From contig JASVEC010000190.1 in assembly GCA_030770535.1 (NCBI GenBank), forward strand, positions 1-33,820: a stretch of 33,820 nt of DNA, written 5' to 3'. Of this stretch, positions 13,330 to 23,632 are shown in pieces (within the stretch, counting starts at the first letter, position 1; each line of letters opens with the position of its first letter). The position numbers and the translations under genes are program-made. Source of the stretch: Batkoa obscura. Lineage: Eukaryota. The notes under the pieces were generated by a model. It saw nothing but the letters and a program-made list of their open reading frames with translations, did not search any database and was not told the origin of the DNA.

Positions 13330-14006
13330 ATTATCCCTCCAATCATTAAATCTAAATTGGAAATAAAGTTTATGTTTGATTCAAATTTAGTTAGAGTAGT
13401 AATATGTCACATTCTCCCAAATATAATACCTTTAAGCTTGTAAATTGTGTCTTGATTAAATTCCAACTGTTAAGGTCTAGGCTGATACTAGAACCTACTC
13501 TAAGAAACTTTAATTTAACTGGCTTTAAGCATCTAATAACATTATTTATATTGCCACGAAAACACTTAAAACTTAAAACTTCTACTTGATTCAAGTAGTT
13601 TTTAAATAAATTTATTATAGACGCGTAACCAAAAAATGTATATATGACTAGCTTTTTTAATTTTGAAAGTTGTATTTTAATATTATTATTGCTTTTACAA
13701 TCATATAAATATGAATCATCATTATAATTAAAGTTGTTAGATCAGGGCAATGACCCAAAAATTTAATAATATTTCTACTTACAGTTAAATGCTTTATTTT
13801 TAATTCGTTTTTTAGAGTAAACCCTTGATGCTTTTTAAATTTTTTGAATTATGTATTGCTATCAGTTGAAATCACTGGTCCCCCTATAAGTGCTGCAAGT
13901 GTAACAGAGGAAGACTTTACTATTCCCGCCTTAGATATACCACCACCATATTTACCCTCTTTAAACTTTGCTTGATATTCTTCATTTTTTCATATTCATT
14001 TTTATT

Positions 14007-14214
14007 ACATGAGAATATACTTTTGTGTTTAACAATTTTATTAACAATTTTTCTGTTCAAATAGTGTTTAAAAGATAAAAAAGTAATAGAGCCAAAAAAA
14101 ACAACTCCATATGGGGATGTGTTTTTGTTTTAAAGAATTTCACTAACAAATTTTCCGCTCAAATAGCGCTTAAAAAATGGAAAAAATAATGAAGTTAAAA
14201 AAACACTCCCATAT
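14007..14214 (+). mobile_element. MITE family 1, head-to-tail tandem dimer (14007-14112 degenerate; 14109-14214 closer to consensus)
   Basis: Two consecutive copies share a single ATAT at the junction CTCC-ATAT-GGGG. Confidence 0.85.
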
Positions 14215-14776
14215 ATTGAGTACATTAGCTTGTATTCAATAACTTTACAATATTAAATAGTGTACTTATTTAATAGGTGTAATTTATAAGGTTCTACTAT
14301 CTTTGTATATTTAAATATTTTATACAGTAAGTTATTCAGTAATTGATTAAACTTGATTTCTAGTTAAAACAATAAATAAACTTTTATATTTACATCTATT
14401 GATATGTTCAATTATAGTATTTTGGTAAAGCTACATTATAAGTGTCCTTGAATTTTACACAGTGTTGTTTAAATTAAGACAACTGTGTTGTTACTAGTTA
14501 TACACAGTTGCTCCAATTGAGAAGTATATAAGTATTGAAATTTCTAGCAACTATACTTTAGAAACCAATGATTAATAATATACTTTAAATTTTGTCAAGT
14601 TCTGTCATATACTTAAACAAAAGTTCATCTTATAAATTTTGTTTGCAATTTATTTTAAATTATTTAAGAAAAAATAATAATATTAAAGTTAAAATAATTA
14701 AAAGACTATAAAATATTTATTGATAGTTAATTTGAAAAGTGTAGTGAGATAAATATTGAAATATTTATAAATATAA

Positions 14777-16225
14777 CTAAGTTAGCATTGGTATTTGATT
14801 TAATTTATTATAAAATAGGATGCTTACAATGGACACAATAGGCGTAAATAATAATGAGGAAGTTATGAGCTTACAATCAATGTATACACTTGTATTTTTC
14901 AAATCAAAAGTTGAGCATCTTTACCATGTTTAGCTGTAATCTGTCTTACAAATTTACATCTGAATAAATTGTAGTAAGGGTTATTAATATTTTCTACCCT
15001 AAAACAAAAGGTATCCTTCATATTTCTAATAAGGCTACTTAAAACTCCAATACGAATATGCTAAATGTTTTGTAGCGAGAAAATTGCTTCTAATAATGTT
15101 TTTGGCATATCACTAATGTGTATTTCTTTAGAGATGACAATCTTAAAAATCCTTGATTAATATGTTCTGGGAAAATTATAAAGCCTAAAAAGAAGATATT
15201 ACTGCCATTGATTACGTTGTTATCGTTAGTTCTTTTTAAAGGAGAGTTCAAAATTGTCAAATAACTTAATGCCTTTTACTTTTAAGATGACTAAAATAAT
15301 TAATATTGAAATCATTTTAAAAGTTACTTTCAATCATTAAATCTAAATTAGGAACAAAATCTATATTTGGATTGAGTTCAATTGGAGTAGAAATATGTGT
15401 TGCTATCCTACCAAGTTTGATGACCTTAGATTAATGAGTTCCGCTTTGATTTTATCTAAACTATTGAGATCTAAACCAATATCAAAGTAAATTTCAAATG
15501 ATCTTAATTTATCCGGATTCAAGTATTTAATAGCATCATCTAAACTCCTTTCATAACATGAGATGATCAAAACTTTAATTTGATTCAAGTAATCTTTAAA
15601 TAGATTTATCATAAAAACTTTTTCACGTAAAGCATATATATGATTTCTTTAGTTTTATCATAATTTATATTAGAAAAATATGAACTATCTTCGTAAGTAA
15701 TAACTGTTAAGTTTGAATAATTTAAATACCCAATGGTGTCGCTATTTATAATTAAATACTATATTGTTGGCTCATTCTTTAAAATAAACTCTTGATGCTT
15801 TTTGAATCTTTGAAGCTCAATATCTTCACCAATTGAATATAATATTTTACCTATTTATTCAATAATAATTTGATACAAAGGTCTTTCTTGTGCCAGTACA
15901 TTTATTCTTATTTTATCCCTTTTGTTATATTTATGCTCTGTTTGTATATATTTATCATTTTCAAGTTCCTTTGCAATATATGGAGGTGTTTTTTTGGCTT
16001 CATTATTCTTTCCATCTTTTGAGCACTATTTCAGTGGAAAAATTAGTAATAAAATTCTTAAGCACAAAAATATATCCCCATATATTAAATAGCTTAATTT
16101 ATACTTTATAGCTTTATCATATTAGATATGTTCTTATTTAGCAGTTATAAATTAAGTATGTCTATTGCCTTTACATATTTGAATATCTCATATGATGAAT
16201 CGTTAAATAATTGATCAAACTTCAT
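14777..16225 (-). pseudogene. F-box/LRR-like pseudogene, tandem paralog of 12672-14360
   Basis: MKFDQLFNDSSYEIFKYVKAIDILNL*LLNK...YKLSYLIY, then a MITE, then INLFKDYLNQIKVLIISCY...YLNPDKLRSFEIY and C-terminal YNKLNQIPMLT*. Confidence 0.75.
15978..16083 (-). mobile_element. MITE family 1, full-length copy
   Basis: ATATGGAGGTGTTTTTTTGG...AAAAATATATCCCCATAT, with the reverse-complement core. Confidence 0.88.
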
Positions 16226-17192
16226 TTTTTTTATAGAGGAGTTTATACATTTATTTGCCTATTTATATGTTTGATCATAATGTACTTTTGTTCCAAATAT
16301 TAAATGTTAAATGTTAAATATGATATCAGTACTATTGATTGATTGTAAGTACAAGCATTATCACAAGCAAAACGAGCAGCTGTTCTTAGTTTAGTATTTC
16401 AGTAGAAAAATTGATTAAATCAAATAATTTAATAATATTTTTACTAAAATGTATATTTGATCGATAAATTATCGTTCTTTTTAATAAAAAGTTAGTTTCT
16501 ATAAAAATTAACATTATGGGTTATTTAGTATAACATTTAAATCATATAATTAAAAGATCATATTTTTAGCAAGATTATGTTAAAAAATCGAAATATTTTT
16601 TTTTCCTATCTATAATCAATAGCTTGAATACTTGAACTATTTTTAACAAACAAAAATGAAAGACATTATATACCCAAGTAAACAATTTATAAAAATTCAT
16701 ATCTGTTGTATTATTAATAAAGGCTTTGCTTATTGATATAGTGCAATATAAGCTATAAACACATTTCCATAATAATGTAGATTTACGCTTTGATCCAATT
16801 TAACCTGAGTAACAAACTCCTAGGGTTTTTACCTATAGTAACTAAATTTAATTGAAGTTATTGTTTAATAATGATTTACGTATCTAAATAGATATAAACT
16901 ATTTTTTAATAATATGGACCTACTTAACCTGGTAAATAGATAATTAAACTATTATTTTATTCTTTACCAGTTTATATTTACTTTATCAAATATATTAAAA
17001 GTGCCCAGGCAGCTTTTAAAATATGTTAAATTAAAAATTTTAAAAATTTTAAAAATCCATAGTAACAAAATTTGATTTTATGAAATAGTCTTTATTAAGT
17101 CTGGGGCTGCTGATGAATATCCATATTCATATTCCTTCATAGAAATATGAAGCGCTTAATATTTAAAACTACAAAAATGCGCTCAAAAAAGC

Positions 17193-17199
17193 TATAAAA
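17193..17199 (+). promoter_or_regulatory. Putative TATA box of the protease gene
   Basis: TATAAAAG 61 nt upstream of the ATG; the same motif lies 62 nt upstream of the paralogous ATG at 33789. Confidence 0.55.
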
Positions 17200-17253
17200 G
17201 AAAAGTGTATGTAACTGCTATCCATATACAATTAAGTTTGATACTAAATTGAA

Positions 17254-18291
17254 ATGATTCAAAAGGAAATTTTAATTAAAGCATTTGAGGTTTTTTTCAT
17301 AGCTATTTTAGCTACTTCAGCACAAGCTGCACCAGCCGATAAAAATTCAACAAAGCCAGACGATACTCCAACTAATAGAATTATTAATGGTAATACCGGT
17401 TCATGGGCTAACTATCCATCTTTAGTTTCTTTACGTGTTAATGGCGGGCATTCCTGTGGCGGCGCCCTTCTCAATGCTAACACCGTTTTGACAGCTTCTC
17501 ACTGTTCTGAAGTTTCCCCTGGCTCTGTCTCTGTATGGGCATACGCTGGCGGTAACCTCCAAAGACGCCAATGGTGGGGTGATCAACAAGAGCAAGAACA
17601 ACCATGGTGGGGCGGTGAACAAGAGCAAGAACAGCCATGGTGGGGTGGTCAACAAGAACAAGAACAAGAACAAGAACAACCATGGTGGGGTGGTCAACAA
17701 GGACAAGAACAACAACAAGAACAACAACCATGGTGGCCTCAAGAAGGAGAGCAGCACCAGCAACCACAAGCTCAAACCCAGAGTGGACCAGATGGCTCAT
17801 ATACCGAACATCGTGTAAGCCAAATCATTAAACATCCCAATTATAGTTCTGGCGGTTATATTCAATATGATGTTGCTATTTGGAAATTAGCAACTCCAGT
17901 TAGTGCACGTAATTTTTACCAAATTGATACTCAAAATACTGGTAATCAAGAAGGCGCTTCAACCCGATTTGCAGGCTGGGGTAGAGTGGATCCGAATGAT
18001 CAGTATAGATTAGCTTCAAGATTGCAAGAAGCCAACCTTCCCGTTTATTCTTTTGATTCTTGTAATGCTGCTTATCAAGGTTTGTCTAAACCTCATCATT
18101 TATGTGCTGGTTATCGTGAAGGTCGTTCGGCTGTTTGTCAAGGTGATTCTGGAGGTCCACTTGTTATTGGAAATACTATCATTGGTGTTACTTCCTTTGT
18201 CAAAGATTTAAGATGTCTTAATCCTGACTTTCCTTCTGTATTTGCTCGTGTAAATACCTATGCGCAATGGATTCAGCAATATGTTAGATAA
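17254..18291 (+). CDS. Secreted S1 (trypsin/chymotrypsin-fold) serine protease with an internal Trp/Gln/Glu repeat insertion; intronless
   Basis: Signal peptide, propeptide ending NR|IING, CGGALL, LTASHC (His83), YDVAIWKL (Asp206), GWG and CQGDSGGP (Ser299). Six Cys in the canonical three-disulfide pattern. Confidence 0.96.
   Translation: MIQKEILIKAFEVFFIAILATSAQAAPADKNSTKPDDTPTNRIINGNTGSWANYPSLVSLRVNGGHSCGGALLNANTVLTASHCSEVSPGSVSVWAYAGGNLQRRQWWGDQQEQEQPWWGGEQEQEQPWWGGQQEQEQEQEQPWWGGQQGQEQQQEQQPWWPQEGEQHQQPQAQTQSGPDGSYTEHRVSQIIKHPNYSSGGYIQYDVAIWKLATPVSARNFYQIDTQNTGNQEGASTRFAGWGRVDPNDQYRLASRLQEANLPVYSFDSCNAAYQGLSKPHHLCAGYREGRSAVCQGDSGGPLVIGNTIIGVTSFVKDLRCLNPDFPSVFARVNTYAQWIQQYVR
17569..17745 (+). 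repeat. Coding tandem repeat, five (Q)PWWG(G)-(QE/Q)n units
   Basis: Repeated CCATGGTGGGGYGGT and CAAGAA/CAAGAG units encode QWWGDQQEQE-QPWWGGEQEQE-QPWWGGQQEQEQEQE-QPWWGGQQGQEQQQEQ-QPWWP. Confidence 0.95.
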
Positions 18292-19067
18292 ACAAATCAA
18301 TCAATATTCTAGTAGTTAAAACTTTGGGGTATTGTATAAAGCCTCTTGTATAATAAATGATTTAAAAATACATCCTTTCATTTAATACCATTTCAAACAT
18401 TGTATTTAATAGCCTGATAGTAATTTAATATCACATTGTTTTTTTAGCTACAAATAAAACTATTGAACTTTTAAATTTCGAGAGATTAATTACATATAGT
18501 TAAAGAAATTGGTTTATTCCTATATCTGAATAGCAAATTGTCTTTTTTGAACAATCTTAAATATTATATCTAGCACTGTTTTCGATGCTAATCATGATAG
18601 TAAAATATCCAAGTAGTAAAACAGGCGCTAACCCCATCGCGTAAAAAAGCTCACTAGATTAGTTTTTAATATCGAACGTCAAATGTGATAGTTGAGAATT
18701 TGAAGGATTGAAAGCCTATACTCAATATTATCACACTAAAGGCTCTATTGACTGTGGAATTGAAGATAATTGACGTTATAAAGGATATTTAAGATGAAAA
18801 AAGACTTTCACGTACAAATTGCCAATTGACTATTAGCCTGAAAGTATTAGAATACTGGATAACAACAATAAGAAGGCTCTATTAAATTTCAAAGTTACTA
18901 AAAGATTCTTACAATTATTTCCTATTTTTATTACAATGATAAAAAATTAAAAAATTAGCAGAAAAGGTAGCTAAAATTCTAAGGTAATATAAGAGACTGA
19001 AATAGGTTTACTAGAAGTCAGTTTACGGAATATTCTAAGATATACGTTGATTCATTTCTAAACTCAA

Positions 19068-19464
19068 CTAAGTTAGCATTGAGACTTGTCTTGGTTTGCC
19101 AAAGAATATAATATTTTTAGGGGGTAATACAAGCGTGACTATTAATAAAGGAGTAATCAATTCGTGATCAGTATTAACATCCATATTATTTAATTCGAAA
19201 TAGTTAATTAATTACCTTAGGATTTAGGAACAAAGACGAGAAGTAAAAAAATCTTTAGATGAAATATTATCAATTCAATCAATTGTAACTCCCTTTACAA
19301 ATTTGCATTCACACAAATTGTATTGAGTAATATCCTTAATCTCACTCTCATTGAGGTTCAATTTTTTTATTTTATCGAAAATATAGTATAAACTATCAAT
19401 ATCAAGACTTTAAATATTTTGAAACAAGGAGATCGATTTTAGTAACGTTAGTCATAATACTAAT
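19068..19464 (-). pseudogene. C-terminal remnant of an F-box/LRR-like family gene
   Basis: LLKSISLFQNI*SLDIDSL...YNLCECKFVKGVTI...RQVSMLT* aligns with the C-termini of other members; truncated at the 19465 MITE. Confidence 0.65.
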
Positions 19465-19571
19465 ATATGGGAATGTATTTTTGTGTTTAAGAATTTTACT
19501 AACAAATTTTCCACTTAAATAGCGCTTAAAAAAATGGAAAAATAATGAAACAAAAAAAAACAGCCTTGTAT
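19465..19571 (+). mobile_element. MITE family 1, full-length copy
   Basis: ATATGGGAATGTATTTTTGTGTTTAAGAATTTTACTAAC...AAATAGCGCTTAAAA...AAAAAACAGCCTTGTAT. Confidence 0.85.
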
Positions 19572-20269
19572 ACTATTTTCGAAAAAGTATAGTGCATACT
19601 GTTTAGCACATCCTTGATAAACTATTGTTTTGTAGATACATACTCGCTTTATAATCAACAAGATTTTCTGAAATAAACTCTATTCAATAAATACTATTTT
19701 AATCTAAGATTTAACTCAAACTTTTTTCAAAAAGCCAATACTTTTAGCAAATGATAATTTTTTCAAATATTAATTATTGTATAGATTGTATAAACTGTCC
19801 TATATAAACTTGACTCACCTTAGGCAAAATCACAATATTTTACAGAAAACGTCAAACCAAATACTTACTGCTAGGGTTTAAGATTTTCAAGATAGAAATA
19901 CCATTTATGACCTTCGACATTCATGCTTGTATTTCTCTATTAGTTAAAAAATGTTAAAGGTATTCTATTTGATCAAACAGTATAACATCACAATTAAAAA
20001 GTCTATTTAATACGACATGCGAACTTCGGAATGCTACTTTGTGTTCTTTTAGCAAGTCCTATAGGTTATATTAAATAAGTAAAATTGTAGAAGCTAAAAT
20101 TGTGTATCAAATTTTCAAAGTGTTTATTCAATATTTTATGAAAGTGTTTGCTTGAATATTGATATAAATAAGCAATGATGAATTAATATTTATATACCCT
20201 ACATCACTTTAAATAAGCAAAATAAGTAAGTAAGATGAAATTTTATGTAATATATATAATAATAAATGA

Positions 20270-21089
20270 TATAAATAAAGAGAACTTGATGTCTTGATTT
20301 TTCTATCCAATCTATAAAATGAATACTTTAAAACTAGATACTTCATCTGATATTGTCATTGACACTATCTTCAGTTTCTTACCTTCAGATCAACTGTTTG
20401 ATTTAAGATTTCTAAACAAAGCATTGTTTGAACAAATCAACTTGCTTATCTTTAATCATTTGTGTTATTCAGTTTATTCGAGTCCATCAACTTACTCATA
20501 TGTTCAACATTCTTTCTATGAATATCGTAGTAACAATGTACAATATTTGAAGATAAAAAGTGACCAGTTGAGCTTTTTAGTTTTATGTCTAGACATTGTA
20601 ATTTTGGATATTGAACATAAATAATTGACCGATATTGATATATTGAATAATTCAATACCACAAGAACTACCTTATTTGAAGAATATGATATTAACCATTA
20701 CAATTAATCAACAGTATATTTTGTTTAAGCATATAGCTTTATTATCTCGGGTTAAGAAGCTAACAGTTAGCGTTAATGATCCAGTTGATCTAGACCATTT
20801 TGTCAATCTACTTGATCCATACAAGCTTAAAGTATTAAAGATTAAATGTATCTCAACCAATTTAAACGGACTTGGTAAGTTGAAAGAGTTATTTGAAGAA
20901 TTAAAGAAGCTAATAGTTATTAGTGAAGCTTTCTCAATACCTTCAACTCTCAATAATAATTCTAATTTTCAATCACTTGAAACACTAAAGATAGAAGGTA
21001 ATCTAGTAAATAAAGTTCCTTTGAACTATTTAGAGGATATTTCTAAAATAAAATCGGTATCTGTAAATATAGATGATTTTATCTATAAT
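20270..21089 (+). repeat. Left arm of an ~820-bp near-identical inverted repeat (partner 28538-29357)
   Basis: Colinear without gaps (paired coordinates sum to 49627). The encoded peptides are identical except L/P and V/I. Confidence 0.95.
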
Positions 21090-21651
21090 GAAATTATAAA
21101 ACCAATGCATCCAATTATTCAATCGTTTGGCTTCAACAAGCCAATATACAATATAAACTGGCTTTTTAACGTCACACATTTAAAAGAAATTTGTATTAGT
21201 AGAACTACTACTTTTGAATCCGCCTTTAAAGCCATTTTATTGCTTAATACTGTTAAAATATTAACTATTCACAATTTAAATTATGCATACCGAGGATTTT
21301 GTTTGCGCCATTACCTTAGTGACCATCTCAACAAAAAAGCGTATAAATTAGCTCGCGGAATCGTTAGTTGTTCCTTAAGCTCGACTTCAATTAAAAAAGC
21401 TATCTTTAAAGGATGTGATATTTCAGCAAATAATTTGTTTGACGTTATTTCTTCTGAATAATATCAGAGTAGTTGATTTTATCAATGGTAGATGTTACTA
21501 TTGTATTGATAAGATAGTATGTGGTTTTTACAAAAAGGCATTTCTAATTCAATTTGATCGAAAATCTATATCTAATAGCTTGACGATTATTCACAACCCA
21601 CTTAGTTACTTTAAACGTTATGTCACTCTTATTGTAGATATTATAGATTAA
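20319..21651 (+). pseudogene. F-box/LRR-like gene with an in-frame TAA (20622-20624) and a 1-nt frameshift near 21445
   Basis: N-terminal F-box-like IVIDTIFSFLPSDQLFDLRFLNK. ORFs 20319-20624 and 20625-21461 share a frame. The LRR-like body (LKKLIV, LETLKI, LKEICI) continues in another frame to 21651. Confidence 0.8.
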
Positions 21652-21754
21652 CATTTCTTATAATATTTAAACAAAATATTTATGCTATTATTTCAATTTT
21701 TAATCTTAAGTTCAAAGCTATATCGAATTTATACAAAGTAATTTAAATCAATGA

Positions 21755-21830
21755 TAAGAAGGTGCTTTTTTCATTTTATGTCATTTTTTAAGTGCAATCT
21801 GAGAGGAAAATTTATTAGTAAAACTTGAAA
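21755..21830 (-). mobile_element. MITE family 1, degenerate copy
   Basis: GGTGCTTTTTTCATTTT...CATTTTTTAAGTGCAATCTGAGAGGAAAATTTATTAGTAAAA resembles the reverse-complement consensus. Confidence 0.55.
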
Positions 21831-21989
21831 AAAATTCTGAAATCTAGAATTTTGAGTAATGAAATAAATTTTTAGAATGAGTCTTGATTTGTGGATTTTA
21901 TTAAGCTTATCGTATTCATCAAAAATTTAAAAAAATAAAGGGACAGCAATCTCATTTTAACTCTATAATATTATAAAAAAGGATAAAAA

Positions 21990-23441
21990 ATGGTCAACAG
22001 TTATTCCAAGAGTTCCAACAATATAGTAAATATTGATTATAGGGAGGACTATAAGGTAGGTGATTTATAATATACGGTAATAGATAACAAAGGAATACTA
22101 TTCTGTTTAACTATTAAAATTAAAAATATTTTATTTTTATATAATGACATAATTGTTCAAATTTATTATTTAGTTTACTGATAAATTTAGTGATACTATA
22201 TCCGATCTCCAATGGTCACCATCAGGTCCTTATTTATCTGTTGCTTCTTGGGATAAAACTGTAAGTTTCAATACTTGAAATTAAACAAATGATGAAAATC
22301 TCACTTCCTTAGGTAAAAATTTATGAAGTAAGTCAAGCAGCAAAACTACAAGCACGTCCATTAATGATGTATGAGCATGAAGCACCAGTGATGTGTAGTT
22401 CTTTTACTTTGGTAAATTATTTTGATTTTTAAATATTTTCTTGAAATTTAAACATTTATATTTAAAAAATTAAATAGGACGGCCAACAGATGGTTTCTGG
22501 AGGAGGGGATAATCAGGTCGTAAGATTTGATTTAAAATCAGGAAATAAAGCAATTGTTGGCACCCATGACGCTCCAATATCTTGTATTGGATGGATTAAC
22601 TCAAGTCAGATTTTGGTTACTGGTTCTTGGGATAAAACAATTAAAGTGAGTTTAATAGCAATAAGAGAAGAATGCTAAAGTTAATAATATGTATTTCTTA
22701 TTTCAGTATTGGGATCTCCGACAAAATAGAGCAGTTAGTACAGTAGCACTAAGTGATAGAGTATATTGTATGTCCACTTCAGGTGACTTATTAGTGGCTG
22801 GTTTGGCTGATAAATCAATTTCAATAGTCAATTTACAAAACCCTCAAGCTGTATTGTCCGTAAGTTTTTGATTTATTCATTTTATTTGATAGTTTATATT
22901 TTATTATAATATATTAGAATGCCCCTTCCGAGGCTTTAAGACAAGTAAAATGTATATCAGCATATTCAAGCCCAAGGCTTGGATACTTTTATGGTACAGC
23001 GAGCGGAGCGATATATGAGAAAGTAGTAGAACCAAACAAGATGGGAATATCAAATAATGGAGATCGAGCAAATAAAAAAGCACATATGAGATCAACGAGT
23101 TATTCGTATTCAGTAAATAAAATGTGTATCCATCCTTCACAACAGTATTTGTGTTCTGGTGGTAGTGATGGAAAGATTAATATTTGGAGTAGGGAATCAT
23201 TTGTTAGACTCAGTTATTTCGACTTTAAAGATAATCCTGTTACGGCTCTTAATTTTGATTCCTCAGGTCAAATCTTAGCTTATGCTACAGGGTATGAATG
23301 GAAAAAGGTAATATTCTTTAGTTTTTTATAAAGTGGAGGTGCTTATTGTTTTTTTAGGGATACCAATATCATAAAAATATTACACCTGCACTCGCATTGC
23401 ATAAAATGAAGGAGATTGATTTACCTAAAAATCGTAATTAA
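21990..23441 (+). CDS. Rae1/Gle2 (Bub3-related) WD40 protein, divergent paralog B, 7 exons
   Basis: Spliced translation DTISDLQWSP...ASWDKTVKIYEV...HEAPVMCS...DGQQMVSGGGD...HDAPISCI...VTGSWDKTIKYWDLRQ...DRVY...GGSDG...AYATGYEWKKGY. Six phase-0 introns; TAA at 23439-23441. Confidence 0.88.
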
Positions 23442-23632
23442 ATAAGTTGTTTAAAGATATAAAGTAAAATAAATATAAACGCTATTAAAAAATAAATTTT
23501 AGAGCATTATTATTAATCATGACTTTATTTTTACTGCTTATTCCTTTATAAATTAGTCATTGAAACTAAATTAAATTATAAAATTTACATTAGAAATCAA
23601 AAACGGGTTATAGCTCATACTTTTTCAAGAAA

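Larger units (their letters stand above)
12672..14360 (-). pseudogene. F-box/LRR-like pseudogene interrupted by three MITEs
   Basis: F-box-like EIKFNQLLNNLLYKIFKY...KLHLLNK...YKLMYSIY, then a MITE dimer, then LRR-like LNQVEVLSFKCF...LKPVKLKFLRV and C-terminal YNRLKKVLMLG*. Multiple stops and frameshifts. Confidence 0.75.

Noticed and set aside
13144..13443. 99-aa ORF, and similarly the 73-aa ORF at 15890-16111
   Set aside because: Both are chance read-throughs of a MITE plus the antisense strand of LRR pseudogenes.
14480..14510. Short hairpin CAACTGTGT...ACACAGTTG as a Helitron 3' end
   Set aside because: No properly spaced CTRR terminus and no second full copy; a 9-bp stem is weak evidence.
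17569..17745. Repeat-spacer appearance suggesting a CRISPR-like array
   Set aside because: The units are in-frame codons within a eukaryotic ORF, the spacers are CAA/GAA microsatellite, and no cas genes are present.
17431..17831. Four overlapping alternative-frame or antisense ORFs (17431-17775, 17477-17800, 17579-17818, 17637-17831)
   Set aside because: They result from the stop-free CAAGAA/TGGTGG repeat inside the protease gene and give low-complexity translations with no independent support.
20598..20680. Possible intron removing the in-frame TAA
   Set aside because: GT at 20598 with AG at 20664 or 20680 gives 67 or 83 nt, both frameshifting, and paralogs appear colinear through this segment.
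20452..20953. Duplicated antisense ORFs (69 and 81 aa, repeated at 28674-29175)
   Set aside because: They are shadows of the F-box/LRR frame; their duplication simply reflects the inverted repeat.
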